DNA of 64,000 bases from an uncultured Verrucomicrobiae bacterium (lineage in GTDB: Bacteria > Chlamydiota > Chlamydiia > Chlamydiales > Rhabdochlamydiaceae), in NCBI GenBank assembly GCA_963731265.1, contig CAVSUE010000001.1, forward strand, positions 1,824,001-1,888,000, given 5' to 3'. A model generated the notes under the pieces. It was not told the origin of the DNA. It worked only from the letters and a program-made list of their open reading frames with translations, and did no database searches. A program made the position numbers and the translations under genes. Positions 49,042-58,221 of this stretch are shown piece after piece (position 1 is the first letter of the stretch; every line of letters starts with the position of its first letter).

Positions 49042-49821
49042 ATGAGCACAATAACACCGCAAATTAAAGACCCAGATTCAGATAATTTAGAAAAGTATAT
49101 CGCCCAATGGGGGGATGCAAACAAGCGATTCCAGGACGACCTCAATAGTTTAACGGCGCTCATCACACAGATGATGGCGTTACTTAAGGGAGGAAAGGTC
49201 TCTGAAGCTTTCCAAATCGCTGAAATGGGGGTCATGCCAGGCGCAATGTCGCTTCAGGGCGACTCGATGGGGCAGCTGGCTGCCACGATGAATGTCAGCT
49301 CTGCGCTTCAGAAATTCACAACAGACACGCAAAACGACCTCAACCAGGGTGCCAATATAGACCATGAGATCCCCAAGGGATCCGATCATGAAACATACGC
49401 CGATCAGTTTGTTCAGTTCCTTAAAGATCTTTATGCCAAAGTCAATGTCGACAATCCACCGGACTGGCTGAAAAACATACAAGGGGGCCTTAAACAGTCG
49501 ATCGAGCAGATTTGCCAAGTTTTTGGCGCGTCGGATCCTACCAACCTGTATCCTACGACAGTCGCTAACGATGTGAAAACATGGATCAACAACCCTTCTA
49601 CCGTCGACGGAAACGGAAAAACGGGCCAACAAAACATACAGAACCTGCAATCGGGCTTTACGCAATGGAACAACACAGAGTCCGCTCAATCGCAAGGACT
49701 TCAAGCTCAAGAGCAATTCGCATCCAATGTTTATAATCAATACATGAGCTCTTGTTCGAACATCTTCCATGCAGTGCAACAGTTGTCCCAAGCTATGGTC
49801 CAAAACGAAAAATCACAGTAA
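49042..49821 (+). CDS. Secreted helical protein with EspA/SseB/needle-like C-terminal helix (candidate tip or filament protein)
   Basis: Gln/Asn-rich; C-terminus NNTESAQSQGLQAQEQFASNVYNQYMSSCSNIFHAVQQLSQAMVQNEKSQ; first gene of the translocon-like operon. Confidence 0.55.
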   Translation: MSTITPQIKDPDSDNLEKYIAQWGDANKRFQDDLNSLTALITQMMALLKGGKVSEAFQIAEMGVMPGAMSLQGDSMGQLAATMNVSSALQKFTTDTQNDLNQGANIDHEIPKGSDHETYADQFVQFLKDLYAKVNVDNPPDWLKNIQGGLKQSIEQICQVFGASDPTNLYPTTVANDVKTWINNPSTVDGNGKTGQQNIQNLQSGFTQWNNTESAQSQGLQAQEQFASNVYNQYMSSCSNIFHAVQQLSQAMVQNEKSQ

Positions 49822-49845
49822 TAAAAATTAAAGAGGAGAAAAAGC

Positions 49846-50262
49846 ATGAATAATTTATTAGCCGTCATGGAAGCTGTATCTAATTCCGTAGCTGCCGGAT
49901 CTAATCAGCAGCTCGCAGATGGCCTGAGCACTAATATGAATGTCGGTATTGAACAGGGAATTTACAACGATTGGCAAAAAAAAGTGACAAAAGACGCATC
50001 AGACGTTCATACTTTAGCAGGAGAACTCGGCGGGGATCCGGGCAACCAATCCATCCAAGCGTTTTTATCCCAAGCACAAGCGAAATTCCAAAACGATGAG
50101 ACGAATATGCAGACCTACACGCAGCAGGCTGACTCTGCTACCCAAGCGACTCAGAACCAGGCCGGACAAGATGCCTCCACTATGCAGCAAAAAGTACAGC
50201 TGGAAGCCGCCGTTAACCAAACACTGCAAACATTGACTTCCATATTGGGACAACACTATTAA
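49846..50262 (+). CDS. Small Gln-rich coiled-coil T3SS-type protein (DUF720/CT847-849-like)
   Basis: QAQAKFQNDETNMQTYTQQADSATQATQNQAGQDASTMQQKVQLEAAVNQTLQTLTSILG; GAGGAG RBS. Confidence 0.5.
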   Translation: MNNLLAVMEAVSNSVAAGSNQQLADGLSTNMNVGIEQGIYNDWQKKVTKDASDVHTLAGELGGDPGNQSIQAFLSQAQAKFQNDETNMQTYTQQADSATQATQNQAGQDASTMQQKVQLEAAVNQTLQTLTSILGQHY

Positions 50263-50275
50263 TCAGGAGTTTCCG

Positions 50276-51676
50276 ATGACAAATTTAAGTAACGCTCAAA
50301 ATCAATTCCCCGATTTTATTAATATTCCAGCATTCAATTCTGAACGCCGGGATCAAAAAGAGAAGGAACGCGCGGCCTTTGCCCAATTGGCGAGTACGCT
50401 CCAAGCCGTGTTAAAAACACTGCCTGAAGAAAGCACTCCAACAGCAGAACCGGCCAGCATTCCTTCTGACTACCAAATGCAGCAGTCCATTGGACAGCTC
50501 ATGGCGCTTCTCACGGATTTACAAGGATTGATCGCCAAATTCGGCACGCAGAATAATCAAGCGAATGCGACGGTCGGCCAGGCCCTAGTGACAGAGATGC
50601 AAGCCCAGGTCAAGAAGGCCAGTGATCAGCTGCAAACTATCCTTAAAGACCAAAAGCAGCAAGACTTCTGGTCGACCTTCACGAAAGTCGTCGAAGGGAT
50701 TGTCGGTACCATCGTCACCGGCATCGCACTTCTTTGCGGACAGCCGGAACTTGCCATCATTACGCTGGCCTTTACTATTCTTGCCTTATCCGGAGGCATG
50801 GATAAGATGACTAAAGGGCTCTCTGACGTTTTAAGCAAAGCTTTAGTGGATATAGGCGTTCCCAAAGAAGAAGCCGATGCCATCGCAAAAGTCTTGGCAG
50901 ACGTCATCATCATTGTCGCCTCGATCGTCGTCACTGTCGCCACATGCGGAGCGGGTGCAGCGATTGCCGGTCAGGTAGCAGCAGAGGCAGCGGTAGAAGA
51001 AGGGACTGAGATGGCAGAAATTGCCGGTTCACAAGTAGCCGAGGCCGCACCCGAAGCTGTCGAGGCATCAGATTCTTTTGCCCAAAAAGTGGGGAATTTC
51101 TTCGAGAATGTTGCAAATAAGATCAAAACGAACAATCCATTCAACAAAATCCCTAAGAATTGGAACCTGGGAATCGTTGCGGGAGCGCAAGCGGCCGGTT
51201 CGACAAACTTCGGCCAAGACTTCATGGCCTCTGTCCTCGTCCACATGAAGGATAAGAATACAAAACAGATACTAGAAACGACATTGGGCATTATCATCAG
51301 TTTGCTCACAGCGCTTGCAGGAGCAGGAGCCGGAATTTCTGTGGCATCAGGTCCCAGTTTCTATTCGTTTAGCAATATCACCAAGCCTATGGTAGGGCTC
51401 ACCGGATTGCAAATTGCCGCAGGAACTGCGCAGGTGTCCGGGGAAGTCGGACTCGGCGTTACCTATGGCGAATTGGCTAGCAAGATCGGTACCCAAGGCC
51501 AAACCCAGGCCCTCTTAACCATGCTTCAAGCTCTCGTTCGAATGAACAGCGGGCAGGCCGACGCTGATACTAAAGCGCTCGGTTCCAAGATGAAAGCCTG
51601 GGGCTCCGAAATAGCCGCCTTAAGCCATAACTTAAATGCCGCAGAAGCTGCGGTCGCTCGCGAATTGCAAGCATAA
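50276..51676 (+). CDS. T3SS major translocator-like protein (SctE/CopB/SseC type)
   Basis: Coiled coil followed by the hydrophobic hairpin WSTFTKVVEGIVGTIVTGIALLCGQPELAIITLAFTILALSGG and VIIIVASIVVTVATCGAGAAI; Ala-rich C-terminal helices. Confidence 0.75.
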   Translation: MTNLSNAQNQFPDFINIPAFNSERRDQKEKERAAFAQLASTLQAVLKTLPEESTPTAEPASIPSDYQMQQSIGQLMALLTDLQGLIAKFGTQNNQANATVGQALVTEMQAQVKKASDQLQTILKDQKQQDFWSTFTKVVEGIVGTIVTGIALLCGQPELAIITLAFTILALSGGMDKMTKGLSDVLSKALVDIGVPKEEADAIAKVLADVIIIVASIVVTVATCGAGAAIAGQVAAEAAVEEGTEMAEIAGSQVAEAAPEAVEASDSFAQKVGNFFENVANKIKTNNPFNKIPKNWNLGIVAGAQAAGSTNFGQDFMASVLVHMKDKNTKQILETTLGIIISLLTALAGAGAGISVASGPSFYSFSNITKPMVGLTGLQIAAGTAQVSGEVGLGVTYGELASKIGTQGQTQALLTMLQALVRMNSGQADADTKALGSKMKAWGSEIAALSHNLNAAEAAVARELQA

Positions 51677-51702
51677 AAAAACTAAAAAAAGGAGTTTAAT
51701 CG

Positions 51703-52623
51703 ATGACAACTACCAACAATGCTATTTCTACCCCACCTGCTGCAACCTCTTCTCAAGGGTTCAGCTCGATGAATCAGCTCGACAGCGGCCCTGCCGCACT
51801 TCTCTACACTTTGGCAAACAAACTGATTCAAATTTATAACCAGCTTCAAGAAAGCTACAATGAGATGACCAAGGCGGAAGTTTCCGTCCAACAAAGCACC
51901 ATCGCCGCTTCTGCTCAAGAACAACGGAGCACAGCATCGGCCGAAGCAGCTGGCTACTGGTGCCAGATGGGAGCTACTCTTGCAAGCGCTGCGGTCACTG
52001 CAGTGTCAACATTCATGGAAGGGAAAAACAATGACGAGATTAATAAAAAACTGGGCCCACAAGAAGAACAATTGGGCAAATTGAAGGCCCTCGAGAAAAT
52101 GGCGCCTACAAGGGGAGCAAACATCATTGTCGAAGAAGAAGGGGCTGCCCCTCTACGTCCGACTCCTGCTCACACTAGAGCGACTAGGATGAAAGATGGA
52201 ACCTTCGAATCCCCTGGAGATGCAACTTTACGTCCGCATGAAATCACTGCAGAAAACCAGGAAGCGATCAACACGATGAATACGAAGCAATACGAAACAT
52301 ACAGAAAGAACCTGCAAAAGCAAATTGAAGCTCAACAAAGAGAGATCAATACAACGAACCTTACAAGGAACCATGCGCAGACCGATTACCAGCAAAAAAC
52401 TCAAATAGCTACTAACATTGTGAATACTGCTGGTCAAGGCGCACAGGCACTCACCAAAACGCAGATGGGAGAACATCAAGCAGGTCAGCAAGTCGCAAGC
52501 GGTGTGACCTCCATGGCGAGCAGCACAGCAGATAACACGCGGGGAGAGATCAACAAGTATGACAAGGCCGCCGATTTATACGCCTCTGCAAGACAAGGTG
52601 CACAGACCTACGCGAATACCTAA
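51703..52623 (+). CDS. T3SS minor translocator-like protein (SctB/CopD/SseD type)
   Basis: Directly follows the SctE-like gene; QQSTIAASAQEQRSTASAEAAGYWCQMGATLASAAVTAVS single hydrophobic segment; amphipathic C-terminus. Confidence 0.65.
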   Translation: MTTTNNAISTPPAATSSQGFSSMNQLDSGPAALLYTLANKLIQIYNQLQESYNEMTKAEVSVQQSTIAASAQEQRSTASAEAAGYWCQMGATLASAAVTAVSTFMEGKNNDEINKKLGPQEEQLGKLKALEKMAPTRGANIIVEEEGAAPLRPTPAHTRATRMKDGTFESPGDATLRPHEITAENQEAINTMNTKQYETYRKNLQKQIEAQQREINTTNLTRNHAQTDYQQKTQIATNIVNTAGQGAQALTKTQMGEHQAGQQVASGVTSMASSTADNTRGEINKYDKAADLYASARQGAQTYANT

Positions 52624-52652
52624 TCGCTCCTTCCAATAGGAAAATGCTTACT

Positions 52653-52684
52653 AGCCGTTGCCGCTCTGGCAACGGCTTTTTTTT
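52653..52684 (+). terminator. Rho-independent terminator between convergent genes
   Basis: AGCCGTTGCC-GCTCT-GGCAACGGCT followed by a T run. Confidence 0.85.
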
Positions 52685-53126
52685 AGGAACGCATCCACTT
52701 CGATTTTTTGGGCCCTTTCTTTTTTTCGGCTTTTGGTTTTATCGATTCCGGGGATGGCTTTTCTTGCGTATGAAGAAGCTTGACGAGATCTTCTCCCGCT
52801 TTAGCAAGCTCCATTCTTGACTCCTGCATGTTCCTCCATTGCTCGGGAGTAAAATTTGCAGGGTTTTCTGAATCGGCGATCAACTTTTCTTCACTTAATC
52901 CCGAGCGCTGGCTCATGATTTTTGTGTGTTCCTGCATGTGTCCATACAATTCTTTCATCATGCGGAGAGCGGCTTTTTTGTCCTCTTCATCGCCCTTAAT
53001 TAGGACTTCTTTTAAATGCTCAATAAATTCAAGAGACTTTTGAAAAATTTCCTGAACTGTCGTCCCTTTCCCTTCTGCAGCCTGGTTGTACATAAAAATC
53101 AGTCGAGAAAATTCTTCCTGGAGCAT
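52683..53126 (-). CDS. Hypothetical helical protein, tandem paralogue B
   Basis: RSGLSEEKLIADSENPANFTPEQW motif; basic tail KKKGPKKSKWMRS. Confidence 0.8.
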   Translation of the reverse strand: MLQEEFSRLIFMYNQAAEGKGTTVQEIFQKSLEFIEHLKEVLIKGDEEDKKAALRMMKELYGHMQEHTKIMSQRSGLSEEKLIADSENPANFTPEQWRNMQESRMELAKAGEDLVKLLHTQEKPSPESIKPKAEKKKGPKKSKWMRS

Positions 53127-53130
53127 AAAT

Positions 53131-53580
53131 TCACGATTTCATCCAACTGGATTTTTTTCCTTTTTTGTCTTTGGGCTGCTTGCTGCCTTGCTCTTTTTCT
53201 TCCGGTTGGTCTCTACCCCTTTTTCCAAGAGTTTTAGCGAGATCTTCTCCCGCATGAAGAATTTTTTCCTTCGATTCCTGGATCGCTTTCCATTGTTCCG
53301 GAGTGAAATTGGCAGGATTTTCAGCATAATCGACCAGCTGCTCCTCGGAAAGACCGGAGCGTTTGGTAATTTTTTGCGTTTCCAGCATCATTTGCTGGTA
53401 CATTTCGCTCATCATCGCCATGGCTTCTTTTTTTTCTTCAGACGTGCCTTTTTCTATCTGAGCTTTGAGTTGCTGAAAGAAAGTCAGGGATTGGCCGAAC
53501 ACATCGCCGAGATTGATCGATTTGCCCTCCGCCCCTTCCTGGAAAAGCTTTAATAGCCTTTCATACTCATCTTTCAACAT
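53131..53580 (-). CDS. Hypothetical helical protein, tandem paralogue A
   Basis: RSGLSEEQLVDYAENPANFTPEQW motif; basic tail KKGKKSSWMKS; AGGAG RBS. Confidence 0.8.
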   Translation of the reverse strand: MLKDEYERLLKLFQEGAEGKSINLGDVFGQSLTFFQQLKAQIEKGTSEEKKEAMAMMSEMYQQMMLETQKITKRSGLSEEQLVDYAENPANFTPEQWKAIQESKEKILHAGEDLAKTLGKRGRDQPEEKEQGSKQPKDKKGKKSSWMKS

Positions 53581-53775
53581 AGGACTCCTGCAGGCTTTGC
53601 CGTGTCAAAGGTGATTATAACCCTTTTGAATTTCATTTTACATGATTTAATTAGCAGCAACAAGGATTTAAAATAATAAATCCCCGTAAGGAATTTACGA
53701 TCATAGATTTAGTACATGATTTTTTGAGTTGCTTTAAACACTTCAAAAGATTAAACCTGTGGTGGAATGGGCTGG

Positions 53776-53894
53776 CTCGACTTTGCAACTTTTGGAGCCC
53801 GCCTGCCTCGCCTATTTGCCCTCGCCGGTTCGACCCATGGTCGAACTGGAAGATTATTTAAGACAGGAAGGGATTAAAAAGTTGCAAAGTCGAG
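53776..53894. mobile_element. Family B MITE-like element, one arm deleted, immediately upstream of scc4
   Basis: TIR CTCGACTTTGCAACTTTTT / AAAAAGTTGCAAAGTCGAG; body matches the reverse complement of the right half of 56071-56255. Confidence 0.85.
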
Positions 53895-53907
53895 GCTAGA
53901 CTTACAA

Positions 53908-54327
53908 ATGCAAAACGCGCTGGAACAATTGCTCGCCACTTTGGCTGAGGAATTGGAGTTCGATGAAATCCCAAAAAAGGAAGAAGGGAATATTTACAAT
54001 GTGTCCTTGAACCCTGAAATTTCGATTGCGGTCCAGCAGATAGATCCCGGGGTTTCTTTTTTGGGAAAAATTGGACCTTGCCCGACTGTAAAAAGAGAAG
54101 ATTTGTTCATCTTATTGATGAAGGCGAATTTCTTAGGTCAGGGGACCGGCGGTGCCGTGATCGCTTTGGATGGAAATGAGAATTTCTTGACACTCTCTTC
54201 CCTTATCCCGTATGACATGAACTATAAAATGTTTAAAGAAGCTTTAGAAGACTTCGCAAATTATCTCGATTACTGGAGAGAAGAACTCGTGCGCCACAAG
54301 AAAGCAGCAGAAGAAAGTATGATCTAA
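53908..54327 (+). CDS. scc4: Class I T3SS chaperone (CesT family), Scc4/CT663 homologue
   Basis: Acidic 139 aa; LMKANFLGQGTGGAVIALD...FKEALEDFANYLDYW; directly upstream of cdsD. Confidence 0.8.
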   Translation: MQNALEQLLATLAEELEFDEIPKKEEGNIYNVSLNPEISIAVQQIDPGVSFLGKIGPCPTVKREDLFILLMKANFLGQGTGGAVIALDGNENFLTLSSLIPYDMNYKMFKEALEDFANYLDYWREELVRHKKAAEESMI

Positions 54328-54336
54328 AGGGAATAA

Positions 54337-56070
54337 ATGGCTGGTTATCTCATTGCAGAGGAAGGTCCTTTAGCAGGCCTGGTTGTCAGCTTCGAAGAAG
54401 GAGAGGAATGGATTCTTGGACGCGATCCGGATGAAGTGACGCTCGTCCTAGAAGACCCGATGGTCTCGCGCAAGCATGTCATTTGCCGGCTCACTGCCGA
54501 AGGCTACATCCTCGAAAACTTAAGTTCGGTGAATCCAGCAACCCAAAATGGAAAAGTGATCACCGAGCCCGTCCTTCTGCGCGAAGGGGATATCCTGCAG
54601 ATCGGCAGCACCTTTTTTCGGTTTACCGAAAAAACGCCATCGTTTGGTGAGCCCTCCGAAGAGTCGCCCCTCGACCGCGAGACGGAAGTGGTCGAAGAAA
54701 AAGAAGATCTATCCTCGGTGAGCGTCGAAGCCGGAGGAGAAGTTCGCTGGCTGCTCAAGGTGGTTTCAGGGCCCAATAGTGGCGCTGAATTCGCGATGCA
54801 GCGCGGCTCCACATACATCCTTGGAAAAGATCCCAATCTCTGCGACATCGTTTTTCAGGATTTAAGCGTATCCCGGCAGCACGCACGTCTCATCGTCGAT
54901 GAAGAAAACAATATTTTTATTGAGGACTTAGGCAGCCGCAATGGAGTCCTGCTCAACGGCGAGCTGATCCAGGAAAAGCACCCCATTTCTTCTCAAGATC
55001 TCGTCGCTTTGGGGACGACCACATTTTTGATGATCGACCGCGAGCAAATCTACGAGACGATTATTTCACCCCCAGCGGTTCCGGCCATGAAAGCCGAAGA
55101 GCGCGCTGCCCCTACACCCGCTATGGTAGAAGCTGCTGCGGTAAAGCGGGACTGGAGAGAGATGGTCATCCCTAAAAAGCATCTCATCTTCGCCGGGATC
55201 TTCGGCCTTGCGTTGATCGGAGGGATTGCCAGCATGATGGCGCTTTTCCGGACGAAAGAGGTCGTTGTTCACATGCCGGATGAGTCCGAGGCAATTCACA
55301 AAGCAATTGCCGGGTTTGAAGATATCCAATTTTCCTACAATCCTGCGAATGGCAAAGTCTTTTTAGTCGGCCACGTCCTCACAGCGGTCGATAAACAAGA
55401 GCTAGTGTACAAAATCAATAATCTCTCCTTTATCAAATCGATCGATGACAATGTGGTCATCGATGAGTTTGTCTGGGAAAATATGAACGCATTAATGATG
55501 ACAAATTCCAATTGGATCGGCGTTTCTATTTATTCTCCAGTGCCGGGAAAATTTGTGATGCGGGGCTATGTGCAGACTTTGGAGCAAATGTCAGCTCTTA
55601 TCGACTATATGAATTTAAATTTTCCTTACACGGATAAGCTCGAAAACCAGATTGTGGTCGAAACAAACCTCCAGACGCAGATCCAAAGTATGCTCGCAGC
55701 CAAGGGGTTCAGCGGCGTGAATTTTCAGATCAGCAACGGAGAGCTCGTCCTTGCCGGAAGAGTCGACCAAAAGCAGGAATCTGATTTTACCGGCGCGATC
55801 GATCAATTGAAAGCTGTCAAAGGTGTGCGCCTGGTGAAAAATTTTGTGATCTACACGTCCGCAGACACCTCGCGAATCGATGTTTCTTCCCAATATCGAG
55901 TCACCGGCTCTTCGAAAAAGGACGATCAGAATATGTTTATCGTGATCAATGGCAAAATCATGAGTATCGGTGATGCTATTGACGGGATGACAATCACAAG
56001 CATTCTACCAAGTATGGTATTGCTTGAAAAAGATGGATTAAAATTTAGGATTAACTACAATCTGCAATAA
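54337..56070 (+). CDS. cdsD: T3SS inner membrane ring protein with two FHA domains
   Basis: FHA1 WILGRDP...MVSRKH; FHA2 YILGKDP...DLSVSRQHA...DLGSRNG; TM segment; BON-like periplasmic domains; C-terminal LLEKDGLKFRINYN. Confidence 0.9.
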   Translation: MAGYLIAEEGPLAGLVVSFEEGEEWILGRDPDEVTLVLEDPMVSRKHVICRLTAEGYILENLSSVNPATQNGKVITEPVLLREGDILQIGSTFFRFTEKTPSFGEPSEESPLDRETEVVEEKEDLSSVSVEAGGEVRWLLKVVSGPNSGAEFAMQRGSTYILGKDPNLCDIVFQDLSVSRQHARLIVDEENNIFIEDLGSRNGVLLNGELIQEKHPISSQDLVALGTTTFLMIDREQIYETIISPPAVPAMKAEERAAPTPAMVEAAAVKRDWREMVIPKKHLIFAGIFGLALIGGIASMMALFRTKEVVVHMPDESEAIHKAIAGFEDIQFSYNPANGKVFLVGHVLTAVDKQELVYKINNLSFIKSIDDNVVIDEFVWENMNALMMTNSNWIGVSIYSPVPGKFVMRGYVQTLEQMSALIDYMNLNFPYTDKLENQIVVETNLQTQIQSMLAAKGFSGVNFQISNGELVLAGRVDQKQESDFTGAIDQLKAVKGVRLVKNFVIYTSADTSRIDVSSQYRVTGSSKKDDQNMFIVINGKIMSIGDAIDGMTITSILPSMVLLEKDGLKFRINYNLQ

Positions 56071-56255
56071 ACTCGACTTTGCAACTTTTTGGGTCCGAAG
56101 ACCTCGAAATATTTACTCTCGGGGGAGTTATTTAAAACAGGAAGGGGTTTTTTTAACTCCTTCCTGTTTTAAATAATCTCCCAGTTCGACCATAGGGCGA
56201 ACGGCCGAGAGTAAATAGACGAGGCAGGCGGGCCCAAAAAGTTGCAAAGTCGAGT
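56071..56255. mobile_element. Family B MITE-like element, full length, TAA target duplication
   Basis: TIR ACTCGACTTTGCAACTTTTTGGG / CCCAAAAAGTTGCAAAGTCGAGT; TAA at 56068-56070 (the cdsD stop) and 56256-56258. Confidence 0.9.
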
Positions 56256-56281
56256 TAAACCATGGGTAGGAGTGAAGAATT

Positions 56282-56518
56282 ATGTACGGCTTAGAGAAGA
56301 AAGGGAGAGCGCTCTTCGAATTTGATTTAGAAAAAGAACTGAAAGCCAATCCCAATAAAGCGAAGGATTTGCTTAAAACTGTAGAAGGTCGCATTCAAGA
56401 CATAAAAACAATTTTGCGGCAAGGAACGGAATCGGAAGATTTCGACAAGTTCGGAGTTCTGCTTCACGGGTATGCAGCATTGCAGAAAGTCCTAACTAAA
56501 GTTGCCAACAAGAAATAA
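56282..56518 (+). CDS. cdsE: Needle chaperone CdsE (CT665-like)
   Basis: MYGLEK...FEFDLEKEL...LRQG...FGVLLHGYAALQKV; between cdsD and the needle gene. Confidence 0.8.
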   Translation: MYGLEKKGRALFEFDLEKELKANPNKAKDLLKTVEGRIQDIKTILRQGTESEDFDKFGVLLHGYAALQKVLTKVANKK

Positions 56519-56538
56519 AAATATAGAGGAGGAATCCA

Positions 56539-56781
56539 ATGAGCCAATGGGCGACAATATCATTTAGTACCCTGATCAAACAATACATGACCCTACAGAG
56601 CAAGGTCATCTCCCAAGTTCGCGCGGTAGCTAGCAAAATTTCGCAGGCTACGCCAGGCAAATTCCTGTTGTTACAGTTTTCGATGAGCCAAGTCACGCAG
56701 ATTGGAGAATCGATCTCGAACTTGATCTCGCAAGTGCAGGCGGTGGTCAACAACATGGTCCGAAACCAAAAGAGCTCGTAA
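56539..56781 (+). CDS. cdsF: T3SS needle subunit CdsF (SctF)
   Basis: 80 aa; TPGKFLLLQFSMSQVTQIGESISNLISQVQAVVNNMVRNQKSS; GAGGAGG RBS. Confidence 0.8.
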   Translation: MSQWATISFSTLIKQYMTLQSKVISQVRAVASKISQATPGKFLLLQFSMSQVTQIGESISNLISQVQAVVNNMVRNQKSS

Positions 56782-56805
56782 AAAATATCAAATTAAGGTG
56801 GCTAC

Positions 56806-57258
56806 ATGGGACAGCTTCAAAAATACCAAACCAAAGACCAATTTCTGCTATTGGCGGAGGCGGGATTCATCGCCATCAATCAATCTGACGAGGATGCAGC
56901 GATCAAATTATTCAAGGCCTCGGAATTGCTCGATCCCCTCAATGTTCTTCCCAAAATCGGAATGGGGTACATGCATCTTTGCAAATTAGAGCTAAAGCAA
57001 GCAGCCAAGTACTTCGAAGACATTTTGGCCAACGACCCCCATAACGAGATGGCACGGGCTTTTTTAGGCTTGAGCTTATCGCTTAACCCTGCTGAACTCG
57101 TTAACGGGGAGAAAGTCCTGGAAGAGGCTTCGCAAAAAGCCAAAGATCCGATGATCAAAAATTTGGCGGCAAGCGCTCTTGAATTTGTGGAAAAATTCGT
57201 CAAAAAGGCCCCCTCCCCCGCTGCCGGCCAGACGCATACCCCCAAAGAAAAGAAATAA
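56806..57258 (+). CDS. cdsG: TPR needle chaperone CdsG
   Basis: FLLLAEAGFIAINQSDED...LFKASELLDP...IGMGYMHLCKLELKQA TPR pattern. Confidence 0.85.
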   Translation: MGQLQKYQTKDQFLLLAEAGFIAINQSDEDAAIKLFKASELLDPLNVLPKIGMGYMHLCKLELKQAAKYFEDILANDPHNEMARAFLGLSLSLNPAELVNGEKVLEEASQKAKDPMIKNLAASALEFVEKFVKKAPSPAAGQTHTPKEKK

Positions 57259-57265
57259 AAGCATG

Positions 57266-57292
57266 GGCAGCAGAAACTGCTGCCGCTTTTTT
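57266..57292 (+). terminator. Rho-independent terminator after cdsG
   Basis: GGCAGCAG-AAA-CTGCTGCC-GC-TTTTTT. Confidence 0.8.
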
Positions 57293-57482
57293 ATTCATCA
57301 CAAAAAAAATAGAATAATACATTTTTGTCCCCGCAAAAATGGAATTAACCTCCGCATTATTTTTTTATTCAGAACATCTAGAAGTCTTCAATAGCAAAAA
57401 ACCTCAAAGTGTGTTATTTCTATGGTAAGGGGTAGGTCCTTTGACTTTACCCTTTCCTAAAAAAACTAATAGAGGAAGTTCC

Positions 57483-58142
57483 ATGGTCGACAAGCCTATC
57501 CCCGCAGACATCGAAGACCCCGGCCGCATATATGAAACAATTCCGATAGGCGGCGGCGAATCAGAAAAAAGCGGCCTCGCCGTCCCTACACAGCAATTTT
57601 CTGCGTTTATGAAGCCAGGAAATCCCATGGAGACCGCGGGAAAATCCCCCATGATTTCACCTTTCGGTCTCATGCAAGGGCAGCCTCCTCTCGCCCAAGC
57701 GCCGACAATGGAGACCTTGGTTGCGCAAGTCAATAATGTTCAAAGCACGATGGGCGATATCAACTCGCAACTCAACACTCCTAACCTGAAACTCAAAGCA
57801 TCGACCAAATACTTGGTTAAAAGCAAACTGACGGATGCCAATGACCACTTGCGCACGGCGAATGCCAAACTCGGTGGGGGGATGCCCGAAGAGGCCGACA
57901 TCTCAAAATTTACGGGGCCTTTAGGCCGCTTCTTCGCTTATTTGACCGATGGACAAAACCAAATGAATTCCGCTAAGCAGCAGCTCCAAAACATGAAAGA
58001 TCAAGGGGGAACCCTTTCCCCGGGAGACTTTCTCCTCGTCCAGGTCAAGCTGAACAAAGCGCAGCAATTATTGGAATTTACTTCGGTTCTCTTGTCTAAT
58101 GCCGTTTCTACGATTAAACAAATGATGCAAGTCCAACTTTAA
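57483..58142 (+). CDS. CT668-position protein with SctI (inner rod)-like C-terminus
   Basis: ATG 57483 with GAGG RBS; LSPGDFLLVQVKLNKAQQLLEFTSVLLSNAVSTIKQMMQVQL. Confidence 0.7.
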   Translation: MVDKPIPADIEDPGRIYETIPIGGGESEKSGLAVPTQQFSAFMKPGNPMETAGKSPMISPFGLMQGQPPLAQAPTMETLVAQVNNVQSTMGDINSQLNTPNLKLKASTKYLVKSKLTDANDHLRTANAKLGGGMPEEADISKFTGPLGRFFAYLTDGQNQMNSAKQQLQNMKDQGGTLSPGDFLLVQVKLNKAQQLLEFTSVLLSNAVSTIKQMMQVQL

Positions 58143-58221
58143 AAGAGGGTTGTTTATCCATGGATCTTATTATTTTTGTCGCTCTAACCGGGGAAAATCC
58201 TCCAACCTCGGTTAAGAAATA

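Noticed and set aside
49180..49803. 207-aa minus-strand ORF, and similarly 60091-60789, 38523-39347 and 16087-16581
   Set aside because: These are antisense shadows of well-supported genes and show no motifs of their own.
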